Assembly: GCA_019347595.1 (NCBI GenBank)
Contig: JAHWLA010000002.1
Span: forward strand, 1-35,343
Direction of reading: 5' to 3'
Source of the DNA: Actinomycetota bacterium
GTDB lineage: Bacteria > Actinomycetota > Acidimicrobiia > Acidimicrobiales > JAHWLA01
Length of the DNA stretch: 35,343 nt
The position numbers and the translations under genes are program-made. The stretch's first letter is position 1; every line of letters begins with the position of its first letter. The notes under the pieces were generated by a model. It was not told where the DNA came from. It saw only the letters and a program-made list of their open reading frames with translations, and did no database searches. Of this stretch, positions 24,175 through 31,238 are shown one piece after another.

Positions 24175-24555
24175 ATGTCCGGCCGGCGCCTCCGCATCCT
24201 CCTCGTCGACGACGAGCCCGACATCCTGTTGCTGCTCCAAGCCATGCTCACGGCGCCCACCTGGGAGATCGTCGGCAAGGCGGCGAGCGGCGAGGACGCC
24301 CTGCGTGTGGCCACCCATCTCGGCCCCGACGTGGCCGTCGTCGACTACATGATGCCGGGCATGCACGGCATGGAGGTGGCCGAGCGGCTCAAGGGCGTGC
24401 ACCCCGACTGCACGGTCGTGCTGTTCTCCGCCTACGACGTGCAGGACGACGCCGAATTCAGCGCCTTCGTCGACCACTTCCTGGCCAAGACCGACGTGGG
24501 CGGCCTCAGCACCCTCCTCGACCGCATCGCCGCCCAGCGGGGCATCACCGCCTGA
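24175..24555 (+). CDS. Single-domain (receiver-only) response regulator
   Basis: The sequence reads 'RILLVDDEPDI', the phospho-acceptor context 'VAVVDYMMPGMHG', 'VVLFSAY' and 'FLAKT'. At 126 aa there is no output domain. Confidence 0.85.
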   Translation: MSGRRLRILLVDDEPDILLLLQAMLTAPTWEIVGKAASGEDALRVATHLGPDVAVVDYMMPGMHGMEVAERLKGVHPDCTVVLFSAYDVQDDAEFSAFVDHFLAKTDVGGLSTLLDRIAAQRGITA

Positions 24556-25501
24556 CGGCGGCGCGCAGGACGTGCCGCAGCGCCTTCTCGGTCGCGCTCC
24601 TGAACTCGTTGGCCTTCATGAGCGGGGCATCGTGGTCGGCCTTGACGTCGACCACGTGCGCCCACGGAATGGCGGCCGCCAGCGCCCGCTGCTTGCGAGG
24701 GCGGACCAGGCGGTCGCGGGTGGTCACCACCACGGCGGCGGGCACGTCGACGTCGCCCGCGAAAGGGCGGGCGTCGTAGTTGCCGAGGGCGCGGCCTGCG
24801 GCCGCCAGGTCGGCGGGATCGCCGCGGCGCAGCTCTCCCTTGAGCCACCCGCGCAGCGGCCGCAGGTCGGGGCACTCCTCGATGGCGTCGCGCAGGATGC
24901 GCTCGACGAGCCCGTCGGGGTTGCCGATGCGCAGGCTCAGCTCGACCAGGCCCATGAACCGCCACACGAACCGCTCCCACCACGTCGCCCGCCACTCCAG
25001 CGCGGTGGCCTGGAGCACCAGGCCGCAGACGAGGTCGCGGTGTCGTCGCCACAGGTGCATGGCGATGGGGCCGCCCATCGAATACCCCACGGCCACCACC
25101 GGGCCGAGCCCGAGATGGCGCAGCAACGCCGCCACGTCGTCGGCCGCCCCCTCCAAGGAGAACGTCTCGTCGCTACGAATGCCGCGGCCGTGCCCGCGGT
25201 GGTCGACCGCCAGCAGGTGACCGGTGGCCGCCACGCTTTCGTAGAGCGGGAACCAGTTGAGGTCCGCACTCACCGTCCAGCCGTGCAGGAGCACGATCGT
25301 GGGTCGGCCCGGGGCTCCCGCCTGCTCGCGCACGAACAGCTCGCCGCGGCCCGGCACGTTCACCACCCGGCCGGGTGGCAACGGCGGCGGGATCGGCGGC
25401 TCGGGGTCGAGAGGGGCGAGCCGGCGGGCCAGCCGCCGCGCCCGTCGGGCCTCCTGCACCAGCGCGGCGCGCCGCGCCGGGTGCCGTCGTGTGCCTGGCA
25501 T
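24545..25501 (-). CDS. Alpha/beta hydrolase
   Basis: The sequence reads 'TIVLLHGWT', 'DHRGHGRG' and the nucleophile elbow 'VGYSMGG'. The first about 45 codons are Arg/Pro/Ala-rich. GTG at 25366 (VVNVPGRGELF) is a plausible alternative start and would open a normal divergent intergenic region. Confidence 0.8.
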   Translation of the reverse strand: MPGTRRHPARRAALVQEARRARRLARRLAPLDPEPPIPPPLPPGRVVNVPGRGELFVREQAGAPGRPTIVLLHGWTVSADLNWFPLYESVAATGHLLAVDHRGHGRGIRSDETFSLEGAADDVAALLRHLGLGPVVAVGYSMGGPIAMHLWRRHRDLVCGLVLQATALEWRATWWERFVWRFMGLVELSLRIGNPDGLVERILRDAIEECPDLRPLRGWLKGELRRGDPADLAAAGRALGNYDARPFAGDVDVPAAVVVTTRDRLVRPRKQRALAAAIPWAHVVDVKADHDAPLMKANEFRSATEKALRHVLRAAVRR

Positions 25502-25510
25502 GCTCCCTCT

Positions 25511-26290
25511 GTGCCCGCTCTGCGCTTCGCCGATGTGTCACTCCACCACGACGGTGTCCCGATCCTGTGCGGGGTCGAGTGGACCGTGGAGGCCGGCGAG
25601 CGCTGGGTCGTCGTCGGCCCCAACGGCGCAGGCAAGACCTCGCTGCTGCGCCTGGCGGGCGCCTACGCCCATCCCTCGTCGGGCACCGTCGACGTGCTGG
25701 GCGCCCGGCTGGGGCGCGTCGACGTGCGGGACCTCCGCACGCGCATCGGGATGGTGAGCGGATCGGTGGCCCGCATGCTGCGCCCCGGGATCACGGCGCT
25801 GGAGGTGGTGATGGCGGGCCGGTACGCCGCATTGGAGACGTGGTGGCACGACTACACCGACGACGACCGCACGCGGGCCTGCGCCCTCCTCGACGAGGCG
25901 GGCTTCCGCTACACGGCCGACCGCGTCTTCGGCGTGCTGTCCGAGGGCGAGCGCCAGCAGGTGCAGCTCGCTCGTACCCTTATGGGCGACCCCGACCTGT
26001 TGCTGCTGGACGAGCCCGCCGCCGGGCTCGATATCGCGGGACGGGAGCGGTTGGTGGCGCGGCTGACGGCCCTGGCCGGCGACCCTTCCACCCCGCCGAC
26101 GGTCTTCGTCACCCACCACGTCGAGGAGGTGCCGGCGGCGTTCACCCACGCGCTCCTGGTGCGCGACGGGGCCGTCGTCGCCGCGGGCCCGCTGGCCGAC
26201 ACGCTGACGAGCGAGGCGCTGTCGACGTGCTTCGGATTGGGGCTGCGGCTGCGCGAAGAGGATGGGCGGTACACCTGCCGGGCCACGTAG
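25511..26290 (+). CDS. ABC transporter ATP-binding protein (stand-alone, YlmA/ModF-like)
   Basis: The in-frame GTG at 25511 gives (M)PALRFADVSLHHDG. Walker A 'GPNGAGKTS', signature 'LSEGERQQ', Walker B 'LLLLDEP' and H-loop 'FVTHH'. No permease gene is adjacent. Confidence 0.85.
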   Translation: MPALRFADVSLHHDGVPILCGVEWTVEAGERWVVVGPNGAGKTSLLRLAGAYAHPSSGTVDVLGARLGRVDVRDLRTRIGMVSGSVARMLRPGITALEVVMAGRYAALETWWHDYTDDDRTRACALLDEAGFRYTADRVFGVLSEGERQQVQLARTLMGDPDLLLLDEPAAGLDIAGRERLVARLTALAGDPSTPPTVFVTHHVEEVPAAFTHALLVRDGAVVAAGPLADTLTSEALSTCFGLGLRLREEDGRYTCRAT

Positions 26291-26301
26291 TCTCGACGCC
26301 C

Positions 26302-26922
26302 GTGGATCGCCTCAGCCGCGCCCTCGAGGCCATCGACGCCGCCAACGCCGACGACCCTCACCGTCTCGTCATCCGCGGCGTGGAGCGCCCCAAGGAACTG
26401 GGCCACGCCGAGCTGGCGAGCGAGTGGCTGGCCGTGCTCCGGCCCGACGCGCCCGAGCCTCTCGTGCTGGCGGTGCGGGCGCACCACGTGCGGCGCTGGG
26501 CGATCCCCCGGAGCAGCTACCCCGATGGCCGGTCGGGCTACCTGCGGTGGCGCAAAGCGCTCAAGAACCTCCACGTGGCCGAGGTGGGGCGCATTCTCGG
26601 CGACACGGGCTACGACCCGGCGACGGTGGCGCGCGTGCAGGACATCGTGGCCAAGCGGGGATTGGGCACCGACCCCGACGTGCAGTCGTTGGAAGATGTG
26701 TTGTGCCTGGTGTTCCTGGAGACGCAGCTCCACGACCTGGCCGCCCGGCTGACCCCCGAGCACGCCGTGGAGGTCATCCGCAAGACGCTGCCGAAAATGT
26801 CCGACTCGGCCAAGGCCGTCGCCCTGGGGCTCGACCTCCCCGCCGACGACCGTGCCCTGCTGGAACGGGCGTTGGCGGCGCCGACCGGTCCCCCGCCCGC
26901 ACGCCCGGGGGCCGTATCGTGA
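26302..26922 (+). CDS. DUF4202 domain protein
   Basis: GTG 26302 lies 11 nt after the ABC stop. The product 'HHVRRWAIPRSSYPDGRSGYLRWRKALKNLHVAEVGRILGDTGYD...VQDIVAKRGLGTDPDVQSLEDVLCLVFLETQL' matches the DUF4202 pattern as I recall it. Confidence 0.6.
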   Translation: MDRLSRALEAIDAANADDPHRLVIRGVERPKELGHAELASEWLAVLRPDAPEPLVLAVRAHHVRRWAIPRSSYPDGRSGYLRWRKALKNLHVAEVGRILGDTGYDPATVARVQDIVAKRGLGTDPDVQSLEDVLCLVFLETQLHDLAARLTPEHAVEVIRKTLPKMSDSAKAVALGLDLPADDRALLERALAAPTGPPPARPGAVS

Positions 26923-28457
26923 ACGAGCACACCGAGGCATCGCAGCAGAGGAGTCGCGTGGTCGCACGGGTAGTCGAAACGCCGGCCGACGTGCCGTTGC
27001 CGCTCCCCACGGGGCTGACGGTGGTCCCCACCCAGGACCCCGACAGCTTCGCCCGTTCGCTGGCCGTCCAGGTGGGCGGCACCCTGGTGTCGTCGCCTCG
27101 TGAGCTGGCCGCCGTCATCGCCCGCCGGGCCGTCGGCGCCACCGACCCCGACGGGCGGGCCGCCGAGGCGGCGTGGCTCCAGGGGCTGCTCGAGGGCGGG
27201 CCGACCGAGGTGCCGTCCCGGCTGGTCGGCCCCGGCGAGCGCACGGCCCTGTTGCGGGCACTGGGCGAGCGCGTGGCGGGCGCCCGCGAGGAGGCCAAGG
27301 CGGCTCGGCTGGCCCTGCTCAAGCGGGAAGCGGCCGTACAGGCCGAGGTGCGCAAGACGAGCGGGGCCCTGTTGGACGTGGAGCCGGAGCTGGCCCGTCG
27401 CGTGGCGCACCGGGTGAACACCACGCTGCGCCAAGCCCGGGCTGCCAAGCGCGCGCTCGGTCCCAAGCCGGTGCTCGACAAGGAGACGGAACAGCACGCG
27501 CGGCGGGCCATGTCGCGGTTGGAGGATGCGCTGTTCGCCTCGGCCAAGGCGCGGGCCCGGGTGCACTCCCGTCTGGCCGTCGGCAACGTGATCGGGTTGA
27601 TCACGCTTCTGGTCGGTGTCGTGGTGGTATGGAGCGGCAGCAACGTGGAGGCGCCGTCCGTCTACACGCTGTTCGCACTGTCGGGGCTGGCCCCCCTGGC
27701 CGCCCTGGCCTTGGGCGGCGTGGGTGCCGCGCACGCCAAGCGGCGGGTGCACGCGGCGGCCGCGGCGTGCGACGACGCGCTGCGCCGAGCGGGCGTCAGC
27801 GACGCCACGCAATGGGCGATGCGGCGGCGCGAACTCGAGCAATGGCTCGACCGGGCCGACGCCACCGCCGCGGCACGCGACGCGTGGCGGGATGCGCAGA
27901 CGGCGTGGGAGGCCATGGCGGGCGCTGACGCCGACCCCAAGACAGTGGACGACCTGCTGGGCGCCGGGGCCCGGGTGCGGGCGGCGAGGGCCGACGCCAA
28001 CCTGGCGCGAGCGGCCGTCGACGAGGCCACCGCGGTGCTGGGTACGGCCGAGGCCGCCGTGCGCGACCGGCTCGCCGTGGTGCTGGGCGGGCGTTCGTTC
28101 GAGGAGGTGACGGCGGGGTCGGCCCCCGACACCTCGCCGATCGTGGTGGCGGGGTCGGGGGGCGACCGGTTCGCCATCGAGCAATTGCACCCGCCGTTGC
28201 CGGTGGCGCTGGTGACGTCGATCGACGGGGTGGCCGCCCGGCCGCCGGTGCCCATGGTTCCCGTGGTGCGAATCGAGGAGCCTCTGCCCGCCTCGTCCCC
28301 GGTGCTGTACGACGACGAGGTGGTCCCCGAGCGGGAACCCGTGGTCGCGTTCGACCCGGTGGCCGAGGTCGACGAGCGACCCACGCAGTTGCACCCGTTC
28401 ATGCTCGACGCCGACTCGGCCCGCCGCCTGCGCCGCCGCGTCCGCCGCCGCCACTGA
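26919..28457 (+). CDS. Hypothetical membrane protein: Ala/Arg/Glu-rich coiled-coil regions flanking a central two-helix hairpin
   Basis: The GTG start overlaps the DUF4202 stop (GTGA). Two hydrophobic helices are present ('VGNVIGLITLLVGVVVVW' and 'VYTLFALSGLAPLAALALGGVGAA'). The C-terminus is basic ('RRLRRRVRRRH'). The opposite-strand 618-aa ORF is Arg/Gly/Pro/His-rich and I judged it a shadow. No family is recognised. Confidence 0.55.
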   Translation: MNEHTEASQQRSRVVARVVETPADVPLPLPTGLTVVPTQDPDSFARSLAVQVGGTLVSSPRELAAVIARRAVGATDPDGRAAEAAWLQGLLEGGPTEVPSRLVGPGERTALLRALGERVAGAREEAKAARLALLKREAAVQAEVRKTSGALLDVEPELARRVAHRVNTTLRQARAAKRALGPKPVLDKETEQHARRAMSRLEDALFASAKARARVHSRLAVGNVIGLITLLVGVVVVWSGSNVEAPSVYTLFALSGLAPLAALALGGVGAAHAKRRVHAAAAACDDALRRAGVSDATQWAMRRRELEQWLDRADATAAARDAWRDAQTAWEAMAGADADPKTVDDLLGAGARVRAARADANLARAAVDEATAVLGTAEAAVRDRLAVVLGGRSFEEVTAGSAPDTSPIVVAGSGGDRFAIEQLHPPLPVALVTSIDGVAARPPVPMVPVVRIEEPLPASSPVLYDDEVVPEREPVVAFDPVAEVDERPTQLHPFMLDADSARRLRRRVRRRH

Positions 28458-28507
28458 CCCCGCCAAACGGGGGCAGGCGTGGCGTTCGACCGGGTGGGGC
28501 CGGCACC

Positions 28508-29743
28508 GTGGTGCACGTGACGTGGGGGACGGGTGCGGCAGTCGTCGGCACGGTGTTCCTGCTCACCGTCCTGTGGTGGGCGATCCCGTCGGGGACCCAC
28601 GACGCCCTCCTCCGCCCCAAGCCGACCCGCAGGTTGGCCCGCTGGGCCCGCAGCCTGCTCGTCCGCTTGGCCCTCGCCGCACTCGCCTGGCCCCACGTCG
28701 TCGATCTCTTCCTCCGTACCAGGCGGGCGCCGACGGCCACTCGGTCCAGGGCCGAGGTATGGCGCCAGGGCAACACCGTGCTGTGGCGCTACGACAGCAA
28801 GGAGCGCCGCCACCCCGAGCCGGTCCTGCTGGTGCACTCGCTCGTCACCAAGCCGTCGATCCTCGACCTCACCCCGAGGCGCAGCCTGGTGGGCGCCCTG
28901 CTCGCCCAAGGCTTCGACGTCTACCTGCTCGACTGGGGCGAGGTGACGTGGCGACAGGCCCAGTGCGGCATGGTCGCCTACGTCGAGATGCTGCGGGAGG
29001 CCGAGGCGGTGACGCTGGAGACCTCCGGGGCGGAACGCTTCCACGTCGTCGCTTACTGCCTGGGCGCCACGCTCGTCCTCCTTCGACTGGTGCTCGACGG
29101 CCCGCGGCCGGTCGCGTCCTTCGCCGCCATCGCACCACCGGTCGACCTGTCGGTACCGGGCGGCTTCCGCTCACTGCTCGGCAGTCGCCACCTTCGGCCC
29201 GTGCTCGCCCTCGACGGCGGCTCGTGCGTGCCCGCCGCCCTCATCCGGGAGTCGTTCCACCTCCTGCGCCCCATGGCCCTCCGCACGCAGTGGCGGCGCC
29301 TGCGCCGGCGGGTGAGCTGGTAGGAGGCGACCTACCACGCGGCAATGGCGCGCTGGACGTGGGAGCAACGACGCCTGCCCGGGGCGCTGTTCTTCGACCT
29401 CGTCGACCTCTACCGCAGCAACGAACTGCTCGGCGCCCTCGACCGCCTCGACGTGCCGCTGTTCATGGCGGTCGCGGAACGGGACCACATCGTGCCGTGG
29501 GCCTCGTCGGCGGCGCTGACGCGCGTGCCGGGCGTCGCACTGGAGTCGCTCGTCTTCCCCGGCGGCCACGTCTCGACGCTGGTCGGCGCGGGCCGCACTC
29601 GGCTCTGGCCGGCCTTGTGCGACTGGCTGGCGAGCGGCCAGCCCGCGCTCAGCCCTGTTCGGACGGAGGCGCCTGCCGCTCGCCCGAGCCCGAGCCCGAG
29701 CCCGGATGCAACCGGGCGTCCACCACTGCGGCCAGTTCGCTGA
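28508..29743 (+). pseudogene. Class III/IV PhaC-like polyhydroxyalkanoate synthase (alpha/beta hydrolase) interrupted by an in-frame TAG
   Basis: ORFs 28508..29323 and 29345..29743 are in the same frame, separated by TAG 29321..29323. The N-part reads 'PVLLVHSLVTKPSILDL', 'GFDVYLLDWG' and the lipase-box-like 'VAYCLGA' (Cys nucleophile). The C-part reads 'LPGALFFDLVDLYRSNEL', 'AVAERDHIVP' (Asp) and 'FPGGHVS' (His). The N-terminus has an extra hydrophobic helix. Confidence 0.65.
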
Positions 29744-30305
29744 GGGCGTCGGTGAGTCGGGCGTGCTCCTCGCCCCGGCGGGCGGCCAGTGTGGCCAGGT
29801 CGTCGCGGGCCTGCTCGCACGCCTCGTGCAGGCGGGCCAAGTCGTCGCGCAACCGGCCTTCCTCGCGCTCGCGGGTGGCGCTGACCTCGGCCTCGACCTC
29901 CTGGACGCGCGCCTCGGCCCGCTGCTCGGCGTCGGCCACGATGGCGGCCGCCCGGTTCTGGGCCTCGGTGACGGCCAGCTCGGCCGTGCGCTGGGCCAGC
30001 ACGAGCGTGCGGCGCACCGTCTGCTCGTTGACGCCCGCCGCGCTGGTGCGCTTGCCCGCCTCGTCCAGGCGCGCCGAGAGGTCGGCCACCCGGCGCTCCT
30101 GGTCCTCCACGAGGAGGGCGAGCTGTTCGAGGAAGTCGTCGACGTCGTCGGGGTGGTAACCGCGCAGCTTCTCCCGGAAGCGGGCTGTGCGTATGCGGGC
30201 CGCCGCGCTGTCGTCGCGCACGTCGACCACATTGTCGTCGCGGATCACCGGGGTGTCCGCTCGATGCCGGTCGTCGGCCACCTCGAAGTCCTGGGTCGTG
30301 CTCAT
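29649..30305 (-). CDS. DivIVA domain protein (downstream paralogue)
   Basis: ATG 30305 (MSTTQDFE) overlaps the upstream gene's stop (ATGA). The DivIVA N-terminal motif 'FREKLRGYHPDDVDDFLEQL' is followed by a long coiled coil. Confidence 0.8.
   Translation of the reverse strand: MSTTQDFEVADDRHRADTPVIRDDNVVDVRDDSAAARIRTARFREKLRGYHPDDVDDFLEQLALLVEDQERRVADLSARLDEAGKRTSAAGVNEQTVRRTLVLAQRTAELAVTEAQNRAAAIVADAEQRAEARVQEVEAEVSATREREEGRLRDDLARLHEACEQARDDLATLAARRGEEHARLTDALSELAAVVDARLHPGSGSGSGERQAPPSEQG
29682..29705. repeat. Short tandem hexanucleotide repeat (GCCCGA x3 plus GCCCGG)
   Basis: GCCCGAGCCCGAGCCCGAGCCCGG. It encodes SPSPSP on the plus frame and GSGSGS on the minus frame, within the convergent gene overlap. 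Confidence 0.6.
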
Positions 30306-30874
30306 GGGCGCTCCGTCGTGCTGCTCGTTGCCAGTTGCGTCTCCGCCATGACGGCCAGGTCGAGCAAGGCCGCCGTCAGCCGTTCGTCGATCACGGCGCG
30401 GCACCGCGTGGTTGCCACGTCCACCGCGTGGAGGTCGTCCTCCGCTTCGGTGATCGCCTCCCGCAGCGCCGTCCACTGCCGGCGCGCTTCCTCGACGGCG
30501 GCGGCCAGGCGGCGCAGCTCGCGGTCGTCGCGCAGCTCGGCGATGCGGGCGTCGGCCTGGTCGCCGAGGCGGGCGGCTTCGGCCTCGGCCCGGGCCAGCA
30601 GCTCGTCGGCTCGCCGCTGGCCGTCGAAGACCACCTGGAGGAGCTCGTCGTCGTCGAGCGAGGGGGGCGGCGCCTCGGCCTCGGCCCGGATGGCCGCCGC
30701 TTCGGCGTGGGCCACGGCGGCGGCGAGGTCGTCGCTGCGCCGTTCGAGCTCCACGACCAGGGCGTGGACGGCCCCCAAGTGGTGAACAACCTGGTCGGGG
30801 TCGTAGCCGGGCTCGGTTCGACGAAACCCGGGAGAGCGGAGCTGCGCCGCCAACACCTCCGACGCGGTGGACAC
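30302..30874 (-). CDS. DivIVA-like coiled-coil protein (upstream paralogue)
   Basis: GTG 30874 gives (M)STASEVLAAQL. The motif 'FRRTEPGYDPDQVVHHL' resembles the DivIVA F..xxxGYdxxxVdxxL motif and is followed by an Ala/Glu/Arg coiled coil. The start is uncertain because no clear SD is present. The longer track ORF extension overlaps the ATL gene. Confidence 0.6.
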   Translation of the reverse strand: MSTASEVLAAQLRSPGFRRTEPGYDPDQVVHHLGAVHALVVELERRSDDLAAAVAHAEAAAIRAEAEAPPPSLDDDELLQVVFDGQRRADELLARAEAEAARLGDQADARIAELRDDRELRRLAAAVEEARRQWTALREAITEAEDDLHAVDVATTRCRAVIDERLTAALLDLAVMAETQLATSSTTERP

Positions 30875-30884
30875 GTCTCTGAGG

Positions 30885-31238
30885 CTACCGCCCCCTCGAC
30901 CCCCGCCCGCGGACCCCCCGCCGCGAAGTGTGCGGAGTCGGGGCCGCCCCACCGTCCCAACTCCGCACACTTCGGAGGGTTTGCACGCGGTTGGCGACGA
31001 CGGGGACGCCTTCGGACTGGAGGCGGCGGGCCTGGTCGGCTTCCTTGCCCGTCGCCAGCCGCCCGCCCGCGGCCACCACCCGCCACCACGGCAGTGTGCC
31101 GCCACTGCGGGCCAGGATGTTGCCGACGGCGCGGGCGGCGCCCGGCGAACCCGCCTCCAGGGCCACCTCCCCGTACGTCGCCACCTCGCCCGGCCGCAGC
31201 GACGACACCACGGCAACCACGCGGTCCTCGAAGGTCAC
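30885..31238 (-). CDS. MGMT-family alkyltransferase-like (ATL) protein lacking the acceptor cysteine
   Basis: The GTG start overlaps the ACAD stop (GTGA). The product reads 'FEDRVVAVVSSLRPGEVATYGEVALEAGSPGAARAVGNILA...TLPWWRVV', with 'PWWRV' in place of the catalytic 'PCHRV'. The C-terminal about 30 aa are Arg/Gly-rich. Confidence 0.7.
   Translation of the reverse strand: MTFEDRVVAVVSSLRPGEVATYGEVALEAGSPGAARAVGNILARSGGTLPWWRVVAAGGRLATGKEADQARRLQSEGVPVVANRVQTLRSVRSWDGGAAPTPHTSRRGVRGRGSRGR

Noticed and set aside
23041-24779. A 478-aa minus-strand ORF (23041..24477) and a 505-aa plus-strand ORF (23262..24779) over the LigD-like and response regulator genes.
   Set aside because: These shadow frames have extreme Arg/Pro/Gly content. 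The chosen frames carry LigD phosphoesterase and receiver-domain motifs.
26610-28466. A 618-aa minus-strand ORF opposite the 512-aa hypothetical membrane protein.
   Set aside because: Neither strand has a recognisable family. However, the plus frame has two clean transmembrane helices, a balanced coiled-coil composition and a GTGA start/stop coupling to DUF4202. The minus frame is Arg/Gly/His/Pro-rich. Confidence in the plus-strand call is still only moderate.
29321-29323. The in-frame TAG in the PhaC-like gene read as a pyrrolysine or other recoded codon.
   Set aside because: No pyl genes or recoding signals are recognisable in the window, and this would be unprecedented for this lineage. 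A nonsense mutation, a sequencing error or reinitiation are simpler explanations.
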